Assembly (NCBI GenBank): GCA_052426225.1 | Contig: JBNJNM010000021.1 | Coordinates: 124,001 to 188,000, forward strand | DNA: 64,000 nt | Source: Zancudomyces culisetae HAW-14-8 | Taxonomy: Eukaryota; Fungi; Kickxellomycota | Direction of reading: 5' to 3' | In this document: positions 1 through 11,200 of the stretch, piece after piece | Numbering within the stretch: position 1 is the first letter of the stretch | Layout: each line of letters starts with the position of its first letter | The notes under the pieces: generated by a model | Seen by the model: the letters and a program-made list of their open reading frames with translations, nothing else | Told to the model about the DNA's origin: nothing | Database searches by the model: none | Made by a program: the position numbers and the translations under genes

Positions 1-352
1 CGGAGTTTTGTTTATCTAAAGCCACCGAATTTGCTACTTGCTGCGTTAGAATGGTCAAAGTTGATGTATTCTCATTGACGTCATTTTGGCCCACTTCAAT
101 GTTATCTTTCACATCCTCCAGTTCACTAGACCTAAATGTTTCAATTTGTGCCTTGGATATCCCTAAAATCATTGGTACTACCGATGATGATTGTTCTATA
201 TGTTTAACATCTAATCCCACTGTTTGCACAACGCTATTGGTGTTTGTGGGTATTTGCGTAGAATCTTCTGTGTTATTACCTCCGGCTGTGAGTGTACCCT
301 GTCCCACAACAGTGACTAGAAAATATAATATTGCTATTCCTTTTGAGTACAT
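1..352 (-). CDS. 5' part of a putative secreted protein (runs off the window edge)
   Basis: ATG at 352 on the minus strand opens MYSKGIAILYFLVTVVGQGTLTAGGNNTEDSTQIPT..., with no stop before position 1. The N-terminus looks like a signal peptide. Confidence 0.6.
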   Translation of the reverse strand, partial: MYSKGIAILYFLVTVVGQGTLTAGGNNTEDSTQIPTNTNSVVQTVGLDVKHIEQSSSVVPMILGISKAQIETFRSSELEDVKDNIEVGQNDVNENTSTLTILTQQVANSVALDKQNS

Positions 353-2108
353 ATTTAACTGAATGTATGCTTGTTTATATATACTGCACAATGTTTAGCT
401 GTTAATGGTATTTAGTTGAAGATGTTATTTTTTAACTATCTTCAATACTTTTTATATGAAAACCATAGTATATATCTTTTCAAATACATAATATATCAAG
501 GATGTATCCAGAAGCTAAGCCATGTCTTTAGAGTACTAGTATTCAGTATGGATAAGTACAACCAAGAAAAAAAACAATGAGCAAGGAACAGGGGACAGGA
601 GACAGGAGACAAGTAGCAGAGAACAGGGAATAAGGAGCAATGAACAATGAACAATAAAAAAGAAACAGGGAACAAGAAAAGGGGTACAAGCGATAGCATA
701 TTGTGTTTGTAAATCATCAATTTTGGTGTGTATGATCTACAAAAGTAACTTTTTGAACACAGTGACTGAATACTAGCTGTATTGGATATACTTTATATTC
801 TTACACATCAGCACATATACAAATGCTTACGCCTAGTTTTTTTACTTTTTTTACCAAAAAAGAATAATAGTAAATAAAATAAACGTTAATCATCATTTCG
901 GGCCTAATTCCAGTAAACTACTCCGATATGTCCTTTAACAATCACATTATTAATAATGAAACTGTCATTTCAGTTTGTTTTATTATTTTTGTTTTTTAAA
1001 ATCGCACCTGGCAAATAAATACACAAAGATTTTCCCAATGATTAATTTTGGTTTTTAAATCATTACATAATTACGTATTTGGAAATATGAAAAGAGCAAA
1101 GCCATTTGAATTGCTGGGAAGCCTCTCATTGGTAATTAACATGCGCGGAAAATTAAGCCTTCTCATTTTTGTCTTTGTTGAAAAAACGGATAATTTAAAT
1201 TTTGCTGAAATGAGGGATTATCAATTCAGATGAAATTTCAGTTTAATGAAACAGTTAGTGTTTTTACCAAGTAAAATCAAGATAAACAGCAGGTATAGCA
1301 TAATTAAATATACCAGGGTCCTTGAAAAGCTACTTTAATCATCAACCCAAAGAAATTTGGTACTTTTTTGTTTGTGAAGAAACGTATATTTGGAGATGAG
1401 TGCATATTAAATGTACTTAATTTATGCTACGCATTTTTGTCCAAAGCTCAATATTTGGATAGCACGGATTGTCTGTTTGAGATAAGTTTCTTCCGTGCCA
1501 TCACTATGATCAATTGCTCATTATTGGTGTTTTTGAGTAATACCAGCCTTTCCGAGTGAGGCTCTCAAGTCACCCATTTAGATTAAAAAATGGTTGGTTT
1601 ACCCTATCAATTTAGCACTTCTGGTACTAGACAATGTAAACGGGTAAAATATTGAAAATATTACTTATTTTTATGTTTTTACTTTTACATTTGCTCTGAA
1701 TGTTGCTCTCATTTTGCTGTCTATTTTTTTTCATAAGATTTGGTCTATTTATTAGCAAATAATGTACATTTAAATTAGTTGAGCTGTGTTAATAATTAGT
1801 GTCTTAACTTTGTTAACCATCCGCTCTTTTATGTTACACAGTTACTTTATTGCATGTGGACGCGATTCCAGGTAAAAAAAAAAAATTATTAAAAGTGCTA
1901 AGTAAAAAATAAAATAAAAAATGAATGAAGTTTCTTTTAATTTTTTTTTGGGGTAAACGCAAATTTCAAATAAATATCAAGTTAGATCCACTATACTTCC
2001 ATTGTACTAAGTAAAACTAATTTCCTTCATTGCATTTTCAGATTATATTAGTGCTATCTATCAAAATTTCGATTAATAGTGGAATACTTCTTAAAGGAAA
2101 GGTTGAAT

Positions 2109-2741
2109 ATGACAAGCTTCAAAACTGAGATAGCTGCGCATGTAAAAAGAGATGCAGGTGTTAAGAAAGGAGTATTATGTAGATATTGCAACCACAACAT
2201 ATCAAGCGACTACTCTGAGCGATGGAGGAGTCACCTTGCAAACTGCATTTCCGTTCCTGATGAAGTTAGAGCAAGGATGAGATATTTAAAGACATTAAGA
2301 GTTCAAAACTATGGTGTAGGAAAAGAGTATGATAAAAGACTTAGAAATAAAGCATCTGACACCCGGCAAAGCGATAAATACACAAAGAGGGACGCCATGA
2401 GGATTCCCAGAATATCATCTTTACTTTTACCCAATACTGATGAGAGCGAACTAAATGATTGCTCGAGTAAGGGTTCGAATATAAAAGTGGCCATGAATAT
2501 GGAAAATCAGAACTATGAATCTACAGTTGACCCCGATTTATTTAAGCTGATTGACTTTAGAATGGCAAAATTTGTATATGAAAATAACCTCCCGTGTGAT
2601 ATTGTACAATGTTCTTCGTTTGTATCATTGATAGAATTACTAAGACCACCTTATCAGTTGCCTTCTCCGAAAAGAGTACTGTCGTTAATAAGAATGATCG
2701 AAGGGGGATCACTAAATGAAGAGAATGTGTTAAAGGGTTAA
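2109..2741 (+). CDS. BED-type zinc finger protein derived from the N-terminus of a hAT transposase; no catalytic domain
   Basis: CRYC...WRSHLANC resembles a BED finger. MAKFVYENNLPCDIVQCSSFVSLIELLRPPYQLPSPK resembles the hAT DNA-binding/dimerisation segment. The ORF stops before any DDE domain. First ATG is at 2109. Confidence 0.65.
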   Translation: MTSFKTEIAAHVKRDAGVKKGVLCRYCNHNISSDYSERWRSHLANCISVPDEVRARMRYLKTLRVQNYGVGKEYDKRLRNKASDTRQSDKYTKRDAMRIPRISSLLLPNTDESELNDCSSKGSNIKVAMNMENQNYESTVDPDLFKLIDFRMAKFVYENNLPCDIVQCSSFVSLIELLRPPYQLPSPKRVLSLIRMIEGGSLNEENVLKG

Positions 2742-3812
2742 TTTGATAAGGACACCAGCTTGTGTGTGTCTCCTGTCTTTTTTTTTTTTTTGCAAAAAAA
2801 AAGAAAAAGCTAGATTTATTAAAGGTGCTGCAGAGCAGTTGCTTTGGTATGGATGTATTTTAGAAATCTATAACACAACAATTAATTATTTAATAGTAAA
2901 GGTATTAACGTCATGTGTTGAATATGGCTGCTTTGGTAAATAAACACAACCATGTATCTCGTAACTCTAATAATCGTTGAAAAGGCTCAACTTTCATCAT
3001 TTTTCTTTTTAAAGCTGGCTTGTTTTCAAATATAGCACATCCATCTAACTTGTATAACTGCTTTGCTGCCAATTTCAGCACAAAATCATAACTTTAAGGA
3101 ATAGCAATGTGTGATTTTACTTTTTTTAGGGTATGTTCACACTTTATCCGCTATTTAGAGTCTCTTTCTTTTCACAGGTGGGTTTTAAGATAAAGCGTTT
3201 AAAATAGTGGTGATAAAATACAGTTGATGTGTATTATCAATCAGAAAAGTCACCAGAGCCAAAAAAAACCCCCAGTAAAGAATTGATAAAAAAGCGTAAA
3301 AAAACACCATTATTACCAAATAGATAAGCAATTTAATTCTTAAAATCAAGTGATCTGGGTTCGATTATATCTTGAAGGATAAACTTTACAAAATTCCAGA
3401 CTCATTAATTTGGTATTGATGTATACTATTCTTTGTTGTTTCAAGATCAGACTCCCCGCCATACACACCCCGTGAGTAATAAATAAGCCATCAAAGCGTA
3501 TATAGGCTTCGTCGACTAGGAGATACTAGAATATGCACACCTATTCTTTATAATATATTCCTGCAAAGTTTCTGTAGCGTTTTGCATACCTTTGCACAAC
3601 AACGTATTAACTTGCCAGAATAAGAAGATATTTTACTAGATTTTTTTTCCCGGAAATTCAGGTTAAGACAAAGCTTTATTTATACAAGTTGCTTGTCTAT
3701 GTTAAGCCGAAAAGTTAAAAAAAAAAAGTCGTTAAAAAAAGTCAACCACAGGTCCAGCCATGGTGATCTTTACGATAGATATTAGTTCCTTTTTGACAAG
3801 CACCGGTATGTA

Positions 3813-4262
3813 TTAGAATAGGGATACAGAAAGAATGCATACTGCTAATGCTAACGTATAAACCACGGGTTTATTTGATTGACCAGCACTGTTAGCATTA
3901 GGTGTGTTTGATTGACTAGCGCTAGTAGCACTAGGTGTGTTTGACTGACTAGCGCTATTAGCACTAGAGACATTTAATTGATCGGTGCTATTAGCACTAG
4001 GTGTTTCGGTAGCCTGATCCTGCAGGGTACTGGTGGCTGCAACTTGTGTATTCCTTCCACGTATAGTGACTGTAGAGTATTGGGTTTGTGTTACTGTAAA
4101 CAAGGTTTTACTAGGATCCTTATACATCTCATCAGTGATCGATGAAACTACTTCTGGTGGAAAAGCTGCAATGTGCTCAGGAACCGCAAACTTCGATGTT
4201 TGGGAATGGACCACGCTCACAAGCAGGTTGATCAAGATTGTTGCGAACAAATATAGCTTCAT
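3813..4262 (-). CDS. Small secreted Ser/Thr-rich, probably GPI-anchored surface protein
   Basis: Signal peptide MKLYLFATILINLLVSVVHS, internal ~12-aa repeats (SANSASQSNTP), hydrophobic C-terminal tail VVYTLALAVCILSVSLF. Confidence 0.75.
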   Translation of the reverse strand: MKLYLFATILINLLVSVVHSQTSKFAVPEHIAAFPPEVVSSITDEMYKDPSKTLFTVTQTQYSTVTIRGRNTQVAATSTLQDQATETPSANSTDQLNVSSANSASQSNTPSATSASQSNTPNANSAGQSNKPVVYTLALAVCILSVSLF

Positions 4263-6393
4263 TATTTCGATAGTTGTTTCCGATCCACAGAATTTTTCTT
4301 TATATTTAATTAGCTTTTAGTCGAATGTAAGCCGTATTTGACATCAATAATATAAATCACAATAAAGGGTGAAAGTTTGAAAATGAGTAAACTGAACACC
4401 ACATTTTCCTTATATATGAAACCACTCGTTTTATTTTGTACATTGTGACGGATTAATCCAATTTTTTTTTGTAAATGTTAGTAGCCTATTAAAAAACGCG
4501 ATAGACAGGGATATGTATTAATAAAAGAGCTTGATCCTGCCATGGCTATTGGTAAACTATATTTTTGATTACATAATTAAAAACAAAATTTCACCATTTG
4601 TTTTTTACTCGCGATTAAAAAAAAATTTTTTTGATACAAGTTGGAGTCCACAAACTACTCTGAAAACATCCAAATGTTGGGTATACCAAATTCTTTACTG
4701 AGCTCGCTAGAGCTTACCAGTATTGACCAAAAAGCGTTTTAAATATTTGGTGTTTCATTTTGACCGAACTCCCGTCATCACCAATTATGGTAGCAATAAA
4801 TTGACTACATTTTTTGCTTTGTAATCGATAATTGATATTTCTAAAAATAATTTTCCACTTTATGTTTTTTTTTTTTTGGTAATCATGTTCAACTGGATTT
4901 TCAAGTAGCGGTGCTGATTAGTTTAACTTGGTAGCTTGAGTTGTTTTTTGCCAGCTATACCCAAAACATTAGCTCAAAACTAATGAATTTAATTTTTTTC
5001 TTATTTAGCAGAAAAAGGTTATAATGGTTTAGGGAACACAAGAGGATATTTTTCCATCTCCTCGTTAAGCATTTTTTTGTAATCTTTTATTATAAATTTT
5101 TTTTGATTAATAAGCAGGAGGGAGAAGATTATTATACCTTAATTTTTTTAATAAAGCCTATTTAGGGTTATTTGTAATATGTCGCTAGTTAATACAGCAA
5201 AACTAGTTTAAATAGATAAATTAACATATTATATTGTAATAAAATACCAAATTGTCACTATTATTGTGTATTTCGCTAAACTGGCAATCATTTTCCCAAA
5301 CAACAATAGCTTTTTAATTTAAAAATTGATGTATATTTGTAACATCGACATATCGGGAAAAAGGTGATTTTTTTTCAAAACTGAAACGCCGTAGTCGAAT
5401 GGTTTGATTAACCAAGAATCAATACATTTGATCGTGTTCTTGTAGCCATTTAACATTGTTAAAAAAGATCATGTCTTTACTTTTGAGTAAAAAATAAGCA
5501 AAGTAAAAATACGAAATAAAACTGCCACACCAGATGACAGAGTTAATCGCGTCAGACTGTGTTTTTTCATATTGAATTGAATAGAATTGTATTGAATTGA
5601 AAGTAAGACGTTATTTTACCTTTTTTATATCGTTATTAACAGGTGCTGAGTAAACAGGAGAGATTCTAGGTCAAAAACTATTATGAAGTAAGTACAAGCT
5701 ACTTTGCCTTGTAGGTATAGCATTATTAGCTTATCAGTCGAGATATAATGTAATAGTTGTTTAAGTAATACATACGCCTATGTCTTGGGGTTTTCTGATC
5801 ACTTATTTATGGTTGACACCTATTAAGATAGTACCTATATAGAAGATATAATAGTATCACCAGAGTGAATATACTACGCTAAAAGAACATCCGAGTACTA
5901 TAAATTCGTGTAGCTATACAAACTTGTGGTTAATGCATTCAAGATATAAAGAGGAAACAAACATTACTATCAGAGGTTAACCACAATAGTTAGCCATTGT
6001 TTTTTTTCGGGGGAAGAAAAGCTATAGTATCACATAATAGATTCATAAAAAACTTTCCCTGGTTGAATTTACCAGCTATGAGTTATTTTACTTGAAGTTA
6101 TTGTGGCTCATGTTGTAGATGAGTATACACTGGTGTATTTTTTATTTTTATTCTCTATATAATGCTTTTAGGCGTACTTTGTTAGGGCTTGGTCAAAAAT
6201 TATCAATATCGGGTATAATACATGTGAGAAAGTTGTTGTAAATTTATAAACGCGCAATTTGTTGACACCAATTTTGATCAAGAAGCCGAGGATAAAACTT
6301 TAAACTCAAGCCTTGATCCTTAAGCACTTTCCTCACAGAAAACATGGTACGTATTTTAGGTGTGTTGATATACGCCATTCTTTGACTCGCTAA

Positions 6394-7098
6394 GTTCATA
6401 AAACTTCGTTATTTTTTTGGGGGGGTTTTGCGTATCTTGATAAATAATCATTGTTTTTAAAACACTTCTTTTAATATAGGCTGGTTCTTGCAGGTGGCCT
6501 TTGATTATCACAACCATTAGATATACCCAGTGCACAACTCGAGTAAACCCTTATATTGATATTACTATAATCTCATTATTATGTTGGGTCTATAAAATAC
6601 ATTCATAAGGGTCATACAATTGTCGGTATTTCAAAGTTTATATTCAGATTTGTACCAATATATTTACTTTTACAACCAACCAACATAGAAATAAAACCTG
6701 CACACCTCATTTAACGAGCTTAATCTGCATTCATTAACATGAAGGTGGTTGGTGGTAGCGAAGTGTTAACCTAGCTTTACAGCTTAAAGTTGGTGTATAG
6801 AGTCTTTCACTAATGTAGCCATCTCAGTAGACTTATTTGGTTAGCGAACCTGCGATTTGGAACCTGGATATGAAATCTGGAATATACTTGATTGCTACAA
6901 CCCAAACAGTTTAACAATCAGAATCAAATGAACTGAATTGGAAAATGAGAGATTCTATAGGCCAGCTCTAGAAGAAATTGCGAGGATTATTGAACTACTG
7001 CCTCGAACTTGGTTTATGTAAACTGCAAGTTGGTAAATGGATAGAAATACCAACAAACCCTTGAACTCTTATTTGTGGCGTGAGTTGATAAATGTGCA
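6394..7098 (+). repeat. ~700-bp dispersed repeat, copy A (inverted copy at 26035-26739)
   Basis: The reverse complement of 26035-26739 aligns end to end by eye, with only a handful of substitutions. Confidence 0.95.
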
Positions 7099-7330
7099 GG
7101 TAGGATATAAAATTCAATAAAAATAAAATAAAGTAAAATAAAACACGCATATATAGAGATCAAGCCTGCTCCAAGTTAAGAGTAATTGAAATATCTTATG
7201 TTCCAGCCCAGTTTCGTAAAGAATTAACTAGGAGCAGCAAGGGTAAACGATCCAGACTTACAGGATATTTAGATATTGGTGAAACAAACGAAGCCGTCTT
7301 TTCAAGTGGTACAAATATACAAGGTTGATT
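6796..7330 (+). pseudogene. Degraded RNase H-like coding relic
   Basis: A stop-interrupted frame reads ...LEPGYEIW...ENERFYRPALEEIARIIELL...DRNTNKPLNSYLWRELINVQ..., then KLRVIEISYVPA after an A-rich stretch. This resembles the RNase H1 'KPVxNxDLWxxL...xxWVxxH' region. Confidence 0.4.
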
Positions 7331-8293
7331 TTTATGTAGTAAACATTTAGTACTGCATATAATCAAAACTTAAAAGTACCTGGGCAAGTAAGTTTATGAA
7401 TCAGGATGGCTATCCTTAAATGTAATAAAGTATAAACATACGTGATGGTAGGAATTGGGTGGTCTGGATATGAATAAAGTGTGTTGAGGGATATTTTTAC
7501 TGTTCAATGAAATTGAACAATTTGGTAGTGTTCAATTTGCATGTGTGGACAAGTAATTTTGAGCTCCAAATCAGCATTTGAGTAAGTGATTGCGGTTTCT
7601 AATTCAGTTTATCTTGAAAACGATTTGTGCACTTTTGTTTTTTTTAATATTTTTTTTACTTGATTGAAAACGTCAAACAAATAAAATATTTTCAGCAAAA
7701 AAAAAAAAAGTTTTCATTTTACCTTGGTGGATATGGCTACACTTGGAAGCGGAAAGAAAAAGAAGGAAAAGGAAAACACCAAGTGACTTGGAAAAAAAAT
7801 AAAAAATTTCATGATTATTCATATAATCTACGCACAGTTTTGGCTTAGTAATCAATCCTGATAAATAACATGGATTGGTCAATTACACCTAAAATTTTTT
7901 TTATTGAGTACTCAGAAGCTATATAGACTAAATTGATGATAATGTTTATGAAAATCTGGAAAAAAAAAATACTGAAAAGTATTTATAAGCCAGATCTTGG
8001 CCTTTTGTGTGTATATTTTAGCTTGTAACGCACAAAACACTGTATAGAACCAAAGCATAGCTGTACGGTTCTAATTTGTATATAAAGATCATATAAACTA
8101 CTTTGTGATAACGCTGTAATCAACAACTAATAAATAATTTGTTAACTCTTTTCTATAAAATATAAAAGACAAGTTGGAAGTTAGATCCTATTAACCATCA
8201 ACTGTGGAAAGAAATACAAACAAGGAAAAGGAAAAAGACGAGAATTGATGAATACTGAAAAATAAATAATTAATATACAGTAAATAAAAAGAA

Positions 8294-11200
8294 ATGAGCC
8301 AAGAACTCGGTGGGTTTTGTATTGATGGAAGGGGGTTCCAGCTCCTTTATAGTGAAAATGGCGTATATATACCGTCATGCTTTCTGAATGTGGTGGTGGC
8401 ACAAGTGTTTAACCTTGTGTTCCTTTTGGCTGCATGTTGGAGAATCTGGCAGTTAAAGACAACACGCACAATTATCAACCCTAAATTGACGATCACGCCG
8501 ATATACTACGTAAAATTTTTACTGTTGACAGTTGTGTGGGTTGCTATTGTAGCAGAAGCAGTTACTTCTGTAAAAATAGGTTCAGGAGGCGCGAACTCTG
8601 CAACACTGAGCGCCATAGTTGGAGCAATTGTAACGCTTGTGGCAATAGTGCTTCAATACTTTGAACAGACGAGATATTACGCACAGGCACACACATTGGT
8701 GCTATTTTGGAATGTCAGACTGATATACTTGGGATTGTGGTACTGGACACAAGCAGAAATAGGAATGGTTAGAACTACCAGTACAGAAAAAAGTTATTTT
8801 TACACAACAGTCGTTGAGGGGGCTGTAACATTAGTTCTATGGGGCGTCGAGGTATTTTCAAGCAAAAAAAATATCCAAAAGTATTGCCTAAAAAATAAAC
8901 TTGGTGGAATTGCAAACTCACCAGAGCACGTCAGCGGTACATACTCTCGATTAACATTCCATTGGATGACAGGATTGCTGACTTTGGGCAAGAAAAGAGT
9001 ACTAACTGTAAAGGATGTTTGGCCACTGCCAAGGTACCTTGAGATTGATAAGTGTTCTGAGGTTTTTGAAGAGCAGTACAAGAAGGCAGTAGCTACTAGA
9101 GGAGAAAAGGTGACTGGAATATGGCCGATATTGTTTAAGACATACAAAGCACCGATTGCGGTAGCAATGACACTCAAGTTGGTACAGGATTTGTTAGCAT
9201 TTGCGCAAGTGTTTCTGTTTTCAGCACTTTTGGATTTCGTTACAGAGTACACAGATGATACACCAGCTGGGTCGGAAAAACCATCTGTGGGGAGGGGATT
9301 TGTGATATCAGCAACAATGTTTGCAGTGGCAGTTTCACAGACAATGTTTCTTCAACAATATTTCCACATTATGTTTGCGGTAGGAATGGAGGTTAAGGTC
9401 GCGTTAACGTCGATAATATATAAAAAAACAATATATCTTTCAAATTCGTCACGACAAAAACTGAACACCGGAGATATAGTAAACCGAATGTCAGTAGATG
9501 CGCAGCGGGTTTCAGATGTATTTACGTACATCAATCTGTTGTGGAGTGGGCCCTTACAACTAATAATATCAATTATTCTTCTTTTTAAAACAATTGGATG
9601 GAGTTCACTTGTGGGAATAAGTATGATGGTTATTGGACTACCGATTAATACAAAACTGTTGGGATATATGCAAAATCTACAAAAGAGTCAAATGAAAAAC
9701 AAGGATATGAGAGTGCGGGCAATTGAGGAGATGCTTACCAGTATAAAAACATTAAAATTCTATGCATGGGAACGTGCGTTCATGAACCGAGCAAACAAAA
9801 TCAGAGAGAATGGCGAACTTAAAACGTTGAAAAAGTTTGGAGTGGCATATGGTTTTCAGAACTTTACCCTGGCTATGATATCGTTTTTAGTGAGTTTTGT
9901 TACATTTTTGTGTTATGCATACTTTGATGGAGTCTCGCGCGGACCGTTGACAGCCAACCTTGTGTTTGTGTCACTTACACTGTTTACAATGCTTCAATTC
10001 CCAATATTTATTGTACCAATGACAATTGTATCAATGGTTGAAACTACAGTATCAGGTAAAAGAATAGTAGAACTGCTCAGAAGTGAGGAGCTGCAGCGCG
10101 ATGCAGTAGAGCGGTTGGAATATCCAGCAAGCGATGCACAAAATACAGAGGTGGTTAGTATAACGTCAGGTAATTTTACATGGGGTAAGTTACTGATGGG
10201 AAAAACGGATAGGGATGATGATGGTGGTGAAAAATCCAAAACCGGAGATGGAGAAAAAGCTGAAAATGAAAAATCCAATGATAGTGGCAAAAAAAAGAAA
10301 AGCGAAAAAGGTAAAAAAAATAAAAAGGGTAAGAGCGAAGCCGATGATAGTTCGGATATTATGGAAACTGAAGCTGATAAGGTAACACTCAGTGACATAA
10401 ACTTTGTGTGCAACAAGGGCCAGTTGGTTAGTGTAGTTGGTCGTGTTGGTAGTGGAAAATCATCACTTGTATCAGCAATGCTTGGAGACATGAAGAAGCT
10501 GTCAGGTAAAGTCACAGTAAGAGGAAGAGTGGCATATGTTCCACAACAGCCTTGGATTATCAATGCTACCCTTCGTGAAAATATATTGTTTGGACACAAA
10601 TACGACGAGGACTTTTACAGAAAAGTAGTCAAAACTTGTGAATTGGAAAAGGATATCGAGATGTTGAAAGGAGGCGATATGGCGGAAATAGGTGAAAACG
10701 GAATCAACTTATCAGGCGGCCAAAAGGCCAGAGTTTCATTGGCACGAGCGGTATACTCAAAGGCACAACTATTTTTGTTTGATGATCCATTATCGGCTGT
10801 CGATGCCCACGTAGGTCGAAACCTTATGAAGAATGTTATTGGTCCATCAGGGCTGTTAAAAAATAGAACAAGGATTTTAGTTACACATGCACTCCAATAC
10901 TTGCCCGTATGTGATAATATATACGCAATGAAGGATGGAATGATAGTAGAGTCAGGTACATACTCAGAGTTGATTGCTGATAGTCAAGGATTCTTATCGG
11001 TATTCATGGGAGGAGTGGGTGAGCTGACCGCACAGGGTCAAGAAAATATGGATTCCGAAACAAGCTCAAATGTAGATATGAGTACAGATGCTAGCAGCAA
11101 GGATGTAGACGGTGCAACAGGTGCCGAACCAGACTATAATGAGATTGTTCGTAGAATCTCAATGAAAAAACGACTGTCGATTGGAAGTCTAGGAAGCTAC

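Noticed and set aside
560-690. Purine-rich degenerate ~7-bp repeats and overlapping ORF 496-720
   Set aside because: Low-complexity microsatellite-like tract; the ORF is a by-product.
6796-7330. In-frame TGA as possible selenocysteine recoding (some early-diverging fungi use Sec)
   Set aside because: The same frame also has TAA and TAG stops, there is no selenoprotein motif, and I recognised no SECIS.
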